A stretch of DNA of 64,000 nucleotides. Origin: Mobula hypostoma (Eukaryota). Positions 53,851-64,000 of the stretch are shown here, piece after piece. Under the pieces are notes generated by a model. That model did no database searches. It was given only the letters and a program-made list of their open reading frames with translations, and was not told the origin of the DNA. The position numbers and the translations under genes are program-made. Numbering within the stretch: the stretch's first letter is position 1; the number at the start of each line of letters is the position of its first letter. The stretch is from the NCBI RefSeq assembly GCF_963921235.1, contig NC_086107.1, positions 98,086,001-98,150,000 on the forward strand, given 5' to 3'.

Positions 53851-54269
53851 ACTACCATTGAGAAGGAGGTACAGGAGCCTGAAGGCACACACTCAACGAT
53901 TCAGGAACAGCCCTCTGCCATCCGTTTTCTGCATAGACATTAAACCCATGAACACTACCTCGCTACTTTTTTATTTCTATTTTTTGCAGTACTTATTTAA
54001 GTTAACTATTTTGAATATATTAACGACTGTAACTCACAGTTTTTTCTATTATTATGTATTGGATTGTCAGCATCTGTAATACACATGGGTCTATCAAGCA
54101 AACACTCGGAATCTGCAGCTGGACCGATTGTAGGGTGTAGAGCAGGGTTGTAACAGATAGCAGGGGCAACCTGATAGATTGGGAGAACGGGCAGAAGGAA
54201 TTTATTACAGAAAATCGTGCGCATAATGGTTCACCAGTTCCTGCAGGCTTCCTCACTCGAGAGCCCTGG

Positions 54270-54500
54270 TCTAGGGTGTGTCTGCGCGGAATTTGCATGT
54301 CGTCCCTGGGGATTTTCCACCCGGAGCTCTTGTCTCCTCCCTACATCCAACTGATGCGTTAACTGGCTGCTGCAAGTTACCCCTAGTGTGGCAATTATTG
54401 ATGGGTGTGTGGGAGGGAATAAGTGGCAGGGCTGAAAAGGAATGGGATTGCTCTGCTGGGAGCTGGCATGCGTCTGTTGGGCCGAATGGCCTCTGTATTA
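54270..54500 (+). mobile_element. V-SINE/HE1-like SINE remnant (other copies near 620-780, 24400-24600, 35280-35480, 48260-48460 on -, and 55525-55740 on +)
   Basis: Degenerate ggagtttg.acgttctccccgtg...ggtttcctcc...cccacatcccaaagacgtg consensus. Confidence 0.6.
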
Positions 54501-54753
54501 AGTGACAGAAGGACTAGGAACACAATATAAATATTGGAACTGAAATTTGTTATTGGCTTACTATTGTCACGTGCACTGAGGCATTGTGAAATGCATGACT
54601 TGCACACTGTTCATATCGATAATTACACAGTGCATTGGGAAGTACAAGTTAAACAAGTGTGCAGAATAAAGTGTAATGACTACAGAGAAAGTGAAGCGCA
54701 GACAATAAGCTGCAAGATCATAATGAGGTGGATTGTGAAGTCAAGGACTCCAA

Positions 54754-54990
54754 GAGGACCACAACCTCACCGTTGGGCTCGGAGGCGACATTGCTTTACG
54801 CTTTGGCTCTTGGTAAAGTCACCCATGCCAAACAGGTCAAAGGGTAGAGGCCAGACCACCGGTTCTCCAGGTTTGGGGAGGTTCAGCTCAGGGCTGGTCT
54901 TTGTTGCAGAAACGGCAATGAAAAATCCTCTACATCTGAGTGCAACGGTACAGACAGAGAAGGTGGACCTTCATTGCTGCCCTAGACGCC
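54754..54990 (+). mobile_element. Short RTE-like non-autonomous element (5' UTR-like part fused to 3' end)
   Basis: gtcacccatgccaaacaggtcaaagggtagaggccagac...ctccaggtttgggg resembles RTE 5' UTRs, and aggtggaccttcattgctgcccta resembles RTE 3' termini (recognised from memory, not searched). Confidence 0.5.
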
Positions 54991-56690
54991 TGTGTTTAAC
55001 AAACAATCTATCAAACAATGGATCCTGCAGCTCCCACCTCGATTTCCTCTTGTTTAAAAAAAATGCTCCCCCTACCTGTTCTTCTATTCCCAGTCTTGCT
55101 TCTTACCTCTTCTCAGCTGCCTATAACCTCCTCTGGGCCCCCCTCCTCCTTCCCCCTTCTCCGATGGTCCATTCTCCTCTCTTATCTGATTCCTTCCTCT
55201 CCAGCCCTTTACCTTTCCCACCCACCTGGCTTCACTTATTACCTTCCAGCTATCCCCCTTCCCCTCCACTCCCCCCCCCACCACCTTTTTATCTTGCTGT
55301 CTTGCTGCTTCCCTTCCACTCCTGGAGAAGGGTCTCGGCCCGAAACATCAACTGTTTATTCATTCCCATGGGTGCTGCCCGGCCTGCTGAGTTCCTGCAG
55401 CATTGTGTGTGTGTTGCTTTGGATTTCCAGCATCTGCAGAATCTCTTGATTTTACCATTTGCTGCCCCACTAGGTGCAGAACCGAGCTGCCCAAGGTCCT
55501 GGAGAGGATGGAGAAGATATTTCCTTTGCACGTTCTCCTTATGACAACATAGATTTTCTTCGAGTGTTCCAGTTCCCTCCCGCATCCCAAAGACGTGTGA
55601 ATTGGTCAGTTAACTGGCTGCTGTAAATTCCCCCTATTATAAAGGAATGGTGGAATTTGGGAGGAGTTGATGAGAATTTAGTGTAAATGGTCAATTGATG
55701 GTCAACACGAATCACTGGGTCAAAGGTCCTGTTTCATGCTGAATCTCTCTGGCTTTGTAGAGAAGTGTGAAGAGATTTGATGGCGATGGCAACATTTTTC
55801 AACCTCTCACTGCTATGGGTGGAAGTTCACACTTACTTCAAAAAGGTAGCAATTATACCCAGTGCCGAAGAAGAGTAATATAAGCTGCCTTAATGACTAT
55901 CACCCAATAGCACTCACATCTATAGTGATGAAACGCTTTGAGAGGTTTCCACGAGACTGAACTCCTGCCTCAGGAAGGACCTGGACCCACTGCAATTTAC
56001 CTGTCACCACAATAGATCCGGCAGACGCAGTCTCCATGGCTCTTCACATGGCCTTAGTCCACCTGGGCAATACAAACAGCTATGTCAGGATGCTGTTCAT
56101 TGACTATAGCTCAGCGTTCAACACCATCATTCCCACTATCCTGATTGAGAAGTTACAGAACCTGAGCCTTTGTACCTCCCTCTACAACTGGATCTTCGAC
56201 TTCCTAACCGGAAGACTACAATCTGTACAATCTCCTCGTTGCTGATGATCAACACTGGTTCACCTCAGGGGTATGTGCTTAGCCTACTGCTCTACTCTGT
56301 CTATACCCATGACTGTGTGGCTGGGCATAGCTCAAATACCATCTATAAATTTCCTGATGATACAACCATTGTTGGTAGAATCTCAGATGGAGACAAGAGG
56401 GCGTACAGGAGCGTGATGTGCCAACTAGTGGAGTGGTGTCACAGCAACAACGTGGCACTCAACGTCAGTAAGACGAAAGATCTGATTGTGGACTTCAGGA
56501 AGGGTAAGATGAAGGAACACATACCAATCCTCACAGAGGGATCAGAAGTGGAGAGAGTGAGCAGTTTCAAGTTCCTGGGTGTCAAGGTCTCTGAGGACCT
56601 AACCTGGTCCCAACATATTGATACAGTTATAAAGAAGGCAAGACAGCAACTATACTTCATTAGGAGTTTGAAGAGATTTGGTATGTCAAC

Positions 56691-57501
56691 TGTTACGTAA
56701 CCCGTAACTGGGTTGCCAAACCTGCAGAAATGGAACACTCGTTGGAGTCTGGATTTCTAAGAACTAATGAAGTTTTATTAAAGAAACAAATAATCCAGTA
56801 CTCTAATTGTAAGGATATAAATGTAACAGGTTAGCAATGATAATACACACCTATACACAGAACTAGGGTAATAGGAATCAACCAAGCTCTATCGCAGTCT
56901 AGGGGTAAAATGATCAGTCTTACAGTGACGCAGAGTTCACTTCAGTTTAGTGCAGTTCGCAGTAATCGCTGTTGTACCATTGGAGAGAGACAGAGAGAGA
57001 GGAGGGGATGCAATTTGGTTCAGGCAGACCTTTGATGTCTTTTATCCCGCTGTGGTCACCGACTGTGATCCCTCTGTTCCGGACACGATCGTTCTTCCGC
57101 GGTGAACCCAGCACCCAGGCAAGGGCAGACACACACACCAGGTTCCCACCGATTGTACCTTTACACCCTCTGAGCCTATGGTCGGTTCCCACGAACCGGA
57201 CCTCCAAACTCCCACCACTTGTGGGGGCACACTGCTCTTTCCAGGGTCTCGTTGTCTTGTGGTCTCATGGTGTCCCGTGCCTTAGTGAACCTGCTCTTTT
57301 TATCCCCCTGCTGGGGTATCACCTGTCCATCAAACTTCAAACAGTTCAGGTTCAAAGCAACTGGTCTGTCAATATTCTGAATTGTGTTTCTTTTCCGTTA
57401 ATCCCTCTCTCCTCTCTTATTAGCAGCTTGAATGTTTCTCCATTGTCTCTCTTATCTCTCTCATTAGCATCAATCATCTGATAGTTTGGTTTGGCGTCAC
57501 A
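56691..57501 (-). repeat. 3' LTR of the Gmr1-like element (811 bp)
   Basis: Aligns to 61155-61948; preceded on the minus strand by the polypurine tract. Confidence 0.95.
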
Positions 57502-57620
57502 CCCCTACCCTTCAAAGGATTTTTACCGAGGTAAAAATCATGGACATGAATGCACATTATTAGATCCACACTAATATACAGGGTCATCAGCTATTCGGCT
57601 AATACAGAGAACTTTAAGTT

Positions 57621-60600
57621 TCAACACCTTGACAGACAGTCAGCAATCACATTGTCCGTTCCTTTTATATGTTTTATTTTAATATCAAATTCCTGTAAGA
57701 CCAGGCTCCAACTTAGTAACCTTTTGTTTTTATCTTTCATAGTGGCCAAAAACACTATTGGGTTGTGATCAGTGTAAATTATCAGTGATTTCTGTGCCAG
57801 ACAAAATATAAACCTCAAAATGTTGTAATGCTAGTATGATTGCCAGTAATTCCTTCTCCACAGTGGAATAATTTCTCTGATGGACATTAAATTTCTTAGA
57901 AAAATAAACCACTGGATGTTCAACTTCCTCTTTGTCTGTCTGCAACAGCACCGCCCCGGCTGCTTCGTCGCTAGCATCTGTTTCTAGGGAGAAGGGTTTT
58001 GAAAAGTCAGGCGCATTCAGCACAGGATGATGACACAGAATCGCCTTCAGACTCTCGAAGGCCTGTTGACAAAGGTCATCTCACACAAACTTCGCATTCT
58101 TTGGCAAGAGCTTAGTGAGAGGGAGGGTAATATCAGCAAAGTTTCTGCAAAACTTCCGATAGTACCCCACCACCCCCAAGAACCTTCTCAGGGCTTTCTT
58201 GTCTGTCGGGATGGGGACTTCAGAGATAGCCCGCACCTTAGCCTGCATCAGTGCCAGCTGCCCCTGTCCTACCACAAATCCCAGATAAGTGACCTTCGCG
58301 TGGCAGAATTCACTTTTTGCGTGGTTCACTGTCAGGTTGGCTTCAGACAGCAATTTAAACAGCTCCTCTACCGCCATAATGTGCTCCTCCCACGTGTCAC
58401 TCCAGACCACTAAATCGTCAATATACGCTTCTGCGTTCTTTAGCCTTTTTGTCACTGAATTAATCATCCTATAGGGATGTTGTTTACTAGGCTGACCTGA
58501 TGTGACAACAACACCATGTACCGTCTCTTTGCATCACCCCAGGACATCCGGACATACGTGTGCGTGCTGGTTAATTAGCTTCTTCAGTGGCTCGCTCTGT
58601 TCGGGGGTTAAGTGAGAGACCTTATCAGCAAAGTTGGCCAAAACAATAGAGTTCTCCAATCCGGTCGGCACCATATTTATCTTTTCAAGATGGGTTTTCC
58701 CCTTGTCAGGTGGCACCCTAGCCTCATTAATTTTCGTGATAACACTGACTAGGTCTGCTTGCTTATCGTGGTAAGCTGTTAACATATTAATAGGCTCTAA
58801 CTGTGTTGGCTCACATCTACAATACTCAATAATATCCTCCCTCATGCTCGGCCAGTAAAACTCTTTCATAATTCTATCGACTGTCTTCCTCACCCCAAAA
58901 TGTCCACCGAGGGTTATCTTGTGGGCCAGGTTAAGAATTTTGTCTCTATAAATTTTTGGCACTACCACCTGGTGCACCACCCCGCATTCCTGATCTGCGG
59001 GCACGGTACTTGGTCTCCATTTCCTCATTAGTACTCCCTCCTTCACATAATAGCCCACTGGCTCCCTTTTCAATTCTGCTTCGGAGAGAGCTGTCTCCGT
59101 CAAAACCATCAGCTCCTCGTCTCGTTCCTGTGCCTGTATAAATTTCTTCCTCGCTAATGATAAATCTACCTCAACTCCCTCACTTCCTTCCGCTCCACTA
59201 TGCTCCTTCTTCTCACTTTCTAACCCCTCCTGGTACAAGGCTGGTAAAAACGTCTCAGCTAAATCTACATTCGCTTTGGCAGCCTTTCTGGACATGCGCC
59301 GAGTTACTGCGTGAACAGGATAAACCTGTGAGTCCATGGGCGGGGCCTCAATGCTGGCAGGCTGGCTTGTCAGTTTTACTGCTGAGCACACCTCTCCGCC
59401 TGCAAGGTCATTACCGAGTAAGACCTCCACGTCTTCCATCAGTAGTTCGGGCCTCACCCCTATCGTGACTCGTCCAGAGACCAAGTTGCTTTTTATGTGT
59501 ATCTGGTGCAAAGGTACTGCTTCAGTTCCTTTCCCAATGCCTTTTATCACACTGACCTCCCCAGTCTCGGTCTCTGAACTAAAGTCTAATACACTCCTTA
59601 AGATCAATGACTGACAGGCCCCAGTGTCTCTCCAGATCTGTACAGGAACTGGATTTGACCCCTCCTTCACTGACACCAATTCGGCTGAAATAAACTTCTT
59701 ACGCCGTTCCTGAACTCCATCAGACCTCTTCTCCCCTTGTGGTTTGTTTGCCGGCTCAATACAGCCATTCGGCATCGGCGTTTTTCCTTTCCCCGTCTCC
59801 TTCTTTGGGGCAAAGCACCTGGATGCAAAGTGACTGGCTTTCCCACAATTATAGCATACGACCCCAGCAGACTTCCTACCAAACTGCTTCCTGTCTTCCT
59901 TATCCTTCTCACTAGTGCCTGGCTTACTTTCTGGCGTTTCCGGTGGACTCTCTCCGTCTTCTTGACTACCCTTCTGGTAGCTTTTACTCAGGGTAAACTT
60001 TGCCTTGTGTGTTAACGCGTACTCATTCGCTAACTTAGCAGTTGCGGCTAAGGTTTCTGCCCCTTTCTCATCTAGACAGGGCCTCATACCTTCAGGGACA
60101 CAACCTTTAAATTGCTCAGTCAGTATTAGCTGTAGCAGTCTGTCATAATTCCCAGTGACCCCTTTCGAGGCTCACCAACACTCACAATACATCTGCATCT
60201 CAGGGGCAAACTCTAAATACGTGCGGCCCCACTGCTTCCTCACATTCCGGAACCTCTGCCGCTATGCCTCCGGGACCATCTCATAGATCCTGAGTATCTC
60301 CTCTTTCACCACATCATACCTCTGGGCATCTTCTGAGGACAATGCTGAGTAAGCTTGCTGAGCCTTCCCCTTAAGTACGCTCTGAAGCAAAACAGCCCAC
60401 TTATCCCTCAGCCAGTCCTGACTTGCAGCGACTTTTTCAAAATGTGGAAAGTACCGATCAACATCGGCCTCCTCAAATGGGAGAACCAGCCTAACCTCCT
60501 GGGTCGCCCTGAACCCTCCACCTTGGTTCAGCATGGGGTCCTGCGCTAGCGTCATCCTTAACTTCTCCAACTCAAATTCCCTGTCCTTCTGCTTCTCTCT

Positions 60601-61056
60601 CTCTTCTCGTTCCAGCTGCTTTATTCTCTCTTCTCGTTCTAACTGCCTGCCTCTCTCTTCTCATTCCAGCTGCTTTACTCTCTCTTCTCATTCTAACTGC
60701 CTGTTTCTCTCTTCTCATTCCAGCTGCTTTGCTCTCTCTTCTCGTTCTAACTGCCTGTCTCTCTCTTCTCGTTCCAGCTGCTTTACCCGGAACTCGTGCT
60801 CGAGTCTCAATTTTTCCATCTGCAGATGCACTGCTTCTCCACCAGGTTTGCTCATAGATACCACCTCCAGCTCCTCGTGGGGAAACACACCTTTAGATAC
60901 ATAATGCTCAATGATAGCTCTGTGCAATTACGCTCTCCTCATTGTTGGCTCCCCCTTAAAAAGATTCAACCATTTGGCAACAGTTGCCAATTCTGATTTC
61001 CTGGCATCCTCTAATGCCTCCAAGGTTGGCGCCTTTAGAAATTCCTCAATCTCCAT
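57621..61056 (-). pseudogene. Disabled gag-pol of the Gmr1-like element (coiled coil, SCAN-like capsid, CCHC knuckle, protease, IN zinc finger, partial RT, RNase H)
   Basis: ORF-track pieces starting at 60927, 60570, 60087, 58467 and 58023 share one frame with the ATG at 61056 and are separated by point stops. One frameshift near 57800. Confidence 0.9.
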
Positions 61057-61154
61057 TTCTGCTGTTTGCCCTTTCTTTCTTTTGGGAACTTTGACCCAAT
61101 CAATTTACCCAGTCCCAAATTTGGCATTCAAAATCCCAGACGAGCCCCCACTTA

Positions 61155-61948
61155 TGTTACGTACCCCGTAACTGGGCTGCCAAACCAGTAGAAATGGAAC
61201 ACTCGTTGGAGTCTGGATTACTAGGAACTAATAAAGTTTTATTAAAGAAACAAATAATACAGTACTCTAATCGTAAGGATATAAATGTAACAGGTTAGCA
61301 ATGATAATACACACCTATACAGAGAAGTAGGGTAATAGGAATCAACCAAGCTCTATCGCAGTCTAGGGGTAAAATGATCAGTCTTACAGTGACGCAGAGT
61401 TCATTTCAGTTTAGTGCAGTTCGCAGTAATCGCTGTTGTACCGTTGGAGAGGGGGGAGGGGATGCAATTTGGTCCAGGCAGACCTTTGATGTCTTCTATC
61501 CCGCTGTGGTCACCGACTGTGTCCCCCCCTTTCCCGACACGATCGTTCTTCCGCGGTGAACCCGGCACCCAGGCAAGGGCGGACACACACACCAGGTTCC
61601 CACCGATTGTACCTTTACACCCTCTGAGCCTATGGTCGGTTCCCGTGAACCGGACCTCCAAACTCCCACCACTTGTAGGGGCACACCGCTCTTTCCAGGG
61701 TCTCATTGTCTCGTGGTCTCATGGTGTCCCGTGCCTTAGCGAACCTGCTCTTTTTATCCCCCTGCTGGGGTATCACCTGTCTATCAAACTTCAAACAGTT
61801 CAGGTTCAAAGCAACCGGTCTGTCAATATTCTGAATTGTGTTTCTTTTCCGTTAATCCCTCTCTCCTCTCTTATTAGCAGCTTGAATGTTTCTCCATTGT
61901 CTCTCTTATCTCTCTCATTAGCGTCTGATAGCTTGGTTTGGCGTCACA
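61155..61948 (-). repeat. 5' LTR of the Gmr1-like element (794 bp)
   Basis: Aligns by eye along its whole length to 56691-57501; adjacent to the PBS. Confidence 0.95.
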
Positions 61949-62532
61949 CAACAAAAACACTTAAAAACTTCTATAGATGTACCATGGAGAGCATTCTGAC
62001 AGGCTGCATCACCGTCTGGTATGGAGGGGGGAGGGAGGGGGTGCTACTGTACAGGACCAAAAGAAGCTGCAAAGGGTTGTAATTTAGTTGGCTCCATCTT
62101 GGGTACTAGCCTACAAAGTATCCAGGACATCTTCAAAGAGCAGTGTCTCAGAAAGGCAGTGTCCATTATTAAGGATCTCCAGCACCCAGGACATGCCCTT
62201 TTCTCATTGTTACCATCAGGTAGGAGGTACAGAAGCCTGAAGGCACACACTCAACGATTCAGGAACAGCTTCTTCCCCTCTGCCATCCAATTCCTAAATA
62301 AACATTGATCCCGTGAATACTACCTTACTTTTTTAAATACATATTACTTCTGTTTTGGCACAATTTTTAATCTATTCATTATACATATACTGTAATTTAT
62401 CTATTTATTTATTTATTTATTTATTTATTATTATTGTTTTCTTCTTCTTCTATATTATGTATTGTATTGAACTGCTGTTGCTAAGTTAACAAATTTCACG
62501 ACACATGCCGGTGATAAGATACCTGATTCTGA

Positions 62533-62780
62533 TGACTAGATTCAAGAGGGTGGGTGACTGGATTAAGGAGGGTGAGTGACTATATTCAAGAGAGTGGGTG
62601 ATTGGATTCAAGAGGGTGGCTGATTAGATTCAGGAGGGTGGGCGGCTGATTGGATTCAAGAGGGCAGGTGATTGGATTCAATTGGCCAGTATTTGGATTC
62701 AAAAGGGTGGTTGATTAGATTCAAGAGGGTGGCTGATTGGATTCAAGAGGGTGGCTGATTGGATTCAAGAGGGTGGGTGG
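62533..62780 (+). repeat. Minisatellite, about 11 copies of a 22-bp unit (GATTGGATTCAAGAGGGTGGCT)
   Basis: Directly visible head-to-tail copies with no spacers. Confidence 0.9.
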
Positions 62781-62889
62781 ATGGAAATTGTTCTTACTAG
62801 CAGATGGGTCACAGACCAGGATCCACAAATCTAAGATTCGGGGCAGACACTGCAAAGGGAGTGTGAGGAAAAAAATAATTTCTCAGAGG

Positions 62890-63370
62890 ATCAGAATCAG
62901 AATCAGGTTTAATATCACCAGCGTATGTCATGAAATTTGTTGTTATGTGGCAGCAGTACATTACAATACATAATAATAAAACTGTAGATTACGTGTAAAA
63001 GTATATATATTTTTAAAAGTTTAATTAAATAACTAATGCAAAAAGAGAAAACAAAGTAGTGCAGCAGTGTTCATGGGTTTAATATCCATTCAGGAATCAG
63101 ATGGCAGAGGGGAAGAAGCTGTTCCTGAATCATTGAGTGTGTGTCTTCAGGTCTCTGTATCTCCTTCCCAATGGTAACAATGAGAAAAGGGCAGGTCTTG
63201 GGTGGTGGGTGTCCTTAATGATGGACATCACCTTTCTGAGGTATCGCTCCTTGAAGGTGAACTGGATGCTGGGGAGGCTACTGCCCGTTATGGAGCTGAC
63301 TGAGTTTACAACTCTCTGCAGCTTATTTCAATCCTGTGCAGTGCTCCCTCTCCCCATACCAGAATGGGTA
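62890..63370 (-). mobile_element. Rex1-type LINE 3' fragment
   Basis: Begins with (atcaga)n on +, the reverse of the (tctgat)n tail; reverse complement of the 62100-62310 region type. Confidence 0.8.
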
Positions 63371-64000
63371 TGACCTGGAATTAGGAAATGTTGCATGAAA
63401 CTACATGGGAATGTCATAAGGATGATGCAAGAAGGCATAGCATAATTAGAGTTTACAAGGCACACGAATTTAATGTAAGGAGTCTAACTAGTCAGGCAGA
63501 GGAGGACATTAATCAGCATATGCAAATACGATACTGTTGATTTTACGGAGACATGATTGAAAGAAGGGCAGGACTATCCATGGTATAGGATTTATAGGGA
63601 TTATAGGGTGGAATATAACAGGAGAGGCCATGACTTTCTTGATCAAAGACTCCATCCAGTGATAATAAGGAAGGATATAACAAAGGCTCTTCAAGTTAAG
63701 CCATTTAGGAACAAAAAAAGCCAACCACTTTGCTTTAAGTCACTGTACTTTAAATTTTCAGTTTGTTGTGGAGAACGACAAGGGTCTTCTGAAAATTAAG
63801 ATCCTGAGTTGAGGAAAGGCCAACTACAGGTGACCTGTAAGAATGTACCGGGTGAAACTACCTGCAGGTCCAGGGTGACTAGTGGGATGGAGTTCAGGGC
63901 CAACAAGTTCCCATTAAGGGTGAAGGGTAAGGATGGCATGTTCAAGGTGAATGGTCCCCTAGTATGGCAAAATAGACTGTTGACCTCACAATATACCTCG

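Larger units (their letters stand above)
56691..61948 (-). mobile_element. Ty3/Gypsy LTR retrotransposon, Gmr1-like (PR-IN-RT-RH order), both LTRs present, internally deleted and stop-disabled
   Basis: Direct repeats TG...CA at 56691-57501 and 61155-61948; 4-bp TSD CAAC (56687-56690, 61949-61952); PBS TGGGGGCTCGTCTGGGAT at 61150-61133 (tRNA-Pro type, 1 mismatch); PPT GAAGGGTAGGGG at 57513-57502. Motifs in order: CYNCGKASHFASRC, RDTGA, H..GGHFG..CRC, YIDD, ETDAS...ADCLSR. Confidence 0.96.
55845..62533 (+). mobile_element. Rex1/Babar-type LINE (RT and 3' end), split by the Gypsy insertion
   Basis: Motifs [63 protein letters not shown] continues after the LTR as KTLKNFYRCTMESILTGCITVWYG and LLPSGRRYRSLKAHTQRFRNSFFP. 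Confidence 0.88.

Noticed and set aside
53365..53943. Pro/Leu/Ser-rich and Glu/Arg-rich ORFs
   Set aside because: Artefacts of the CT-rich tract, which lacks stop codons.
54534..55544. 336-aa ORF as a novel gene
   Set aside because: It crosses a patchwork of LINE, RTE-like and Penelope fragments plus low-complexity sequence, has a non-ATG start and shows no domain signal.
56972..57481. Duplicated ORFs (also 61414-62082) as paralogous genes
   Set aside because: They are antisense frames within the two LTRs.
62533..62780. CRISPR-like array
   Set aside because: Units are contiguous with no unique spacers, the context is eukaryotic and there are no cas genes.

Overview
This is a repeat-dense vertebrate genomic window. 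The mix of CR1, Rex1/Babar, L2, Penelope-like, V-SINE and Gmr1-Gypsy elements suggests a cartilaginous fish, probably a ray (inference). The only host gene I can support is a SUN2 orthologue (inner nuclear membrane LINC protein) on the minus strand. It has nine phase-compatible coding exons from ATG 32565 down to 2538 (1128 nt, 376 aa), and the C-terminal SUN domain lies beyond the window start. A CpG/CCAAT promoter sits at about 44.1-44.6 kb. The rest is mostly nested transposon debris. The most notable items are: (1) a complete two-LTR Gmr1-type Gypsy element (56691-61948) with TSD, tRNA-Pro PBS and PPT, whose integrase core and RT N-terminal half appear removed by two in-frame deletions; (2) a Penelope-like family whose termini reconstruct a minimal hammerhead ribozyme; (3) a local segmental duplication flanking the SUN2 promoter, containing a short near-identical tract; (4) a tRNA-derived SINE with a perfect 14-bp TSD. 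I found no CRISPR array, no real tRNA/rRNA gene and no clearly new biological system.
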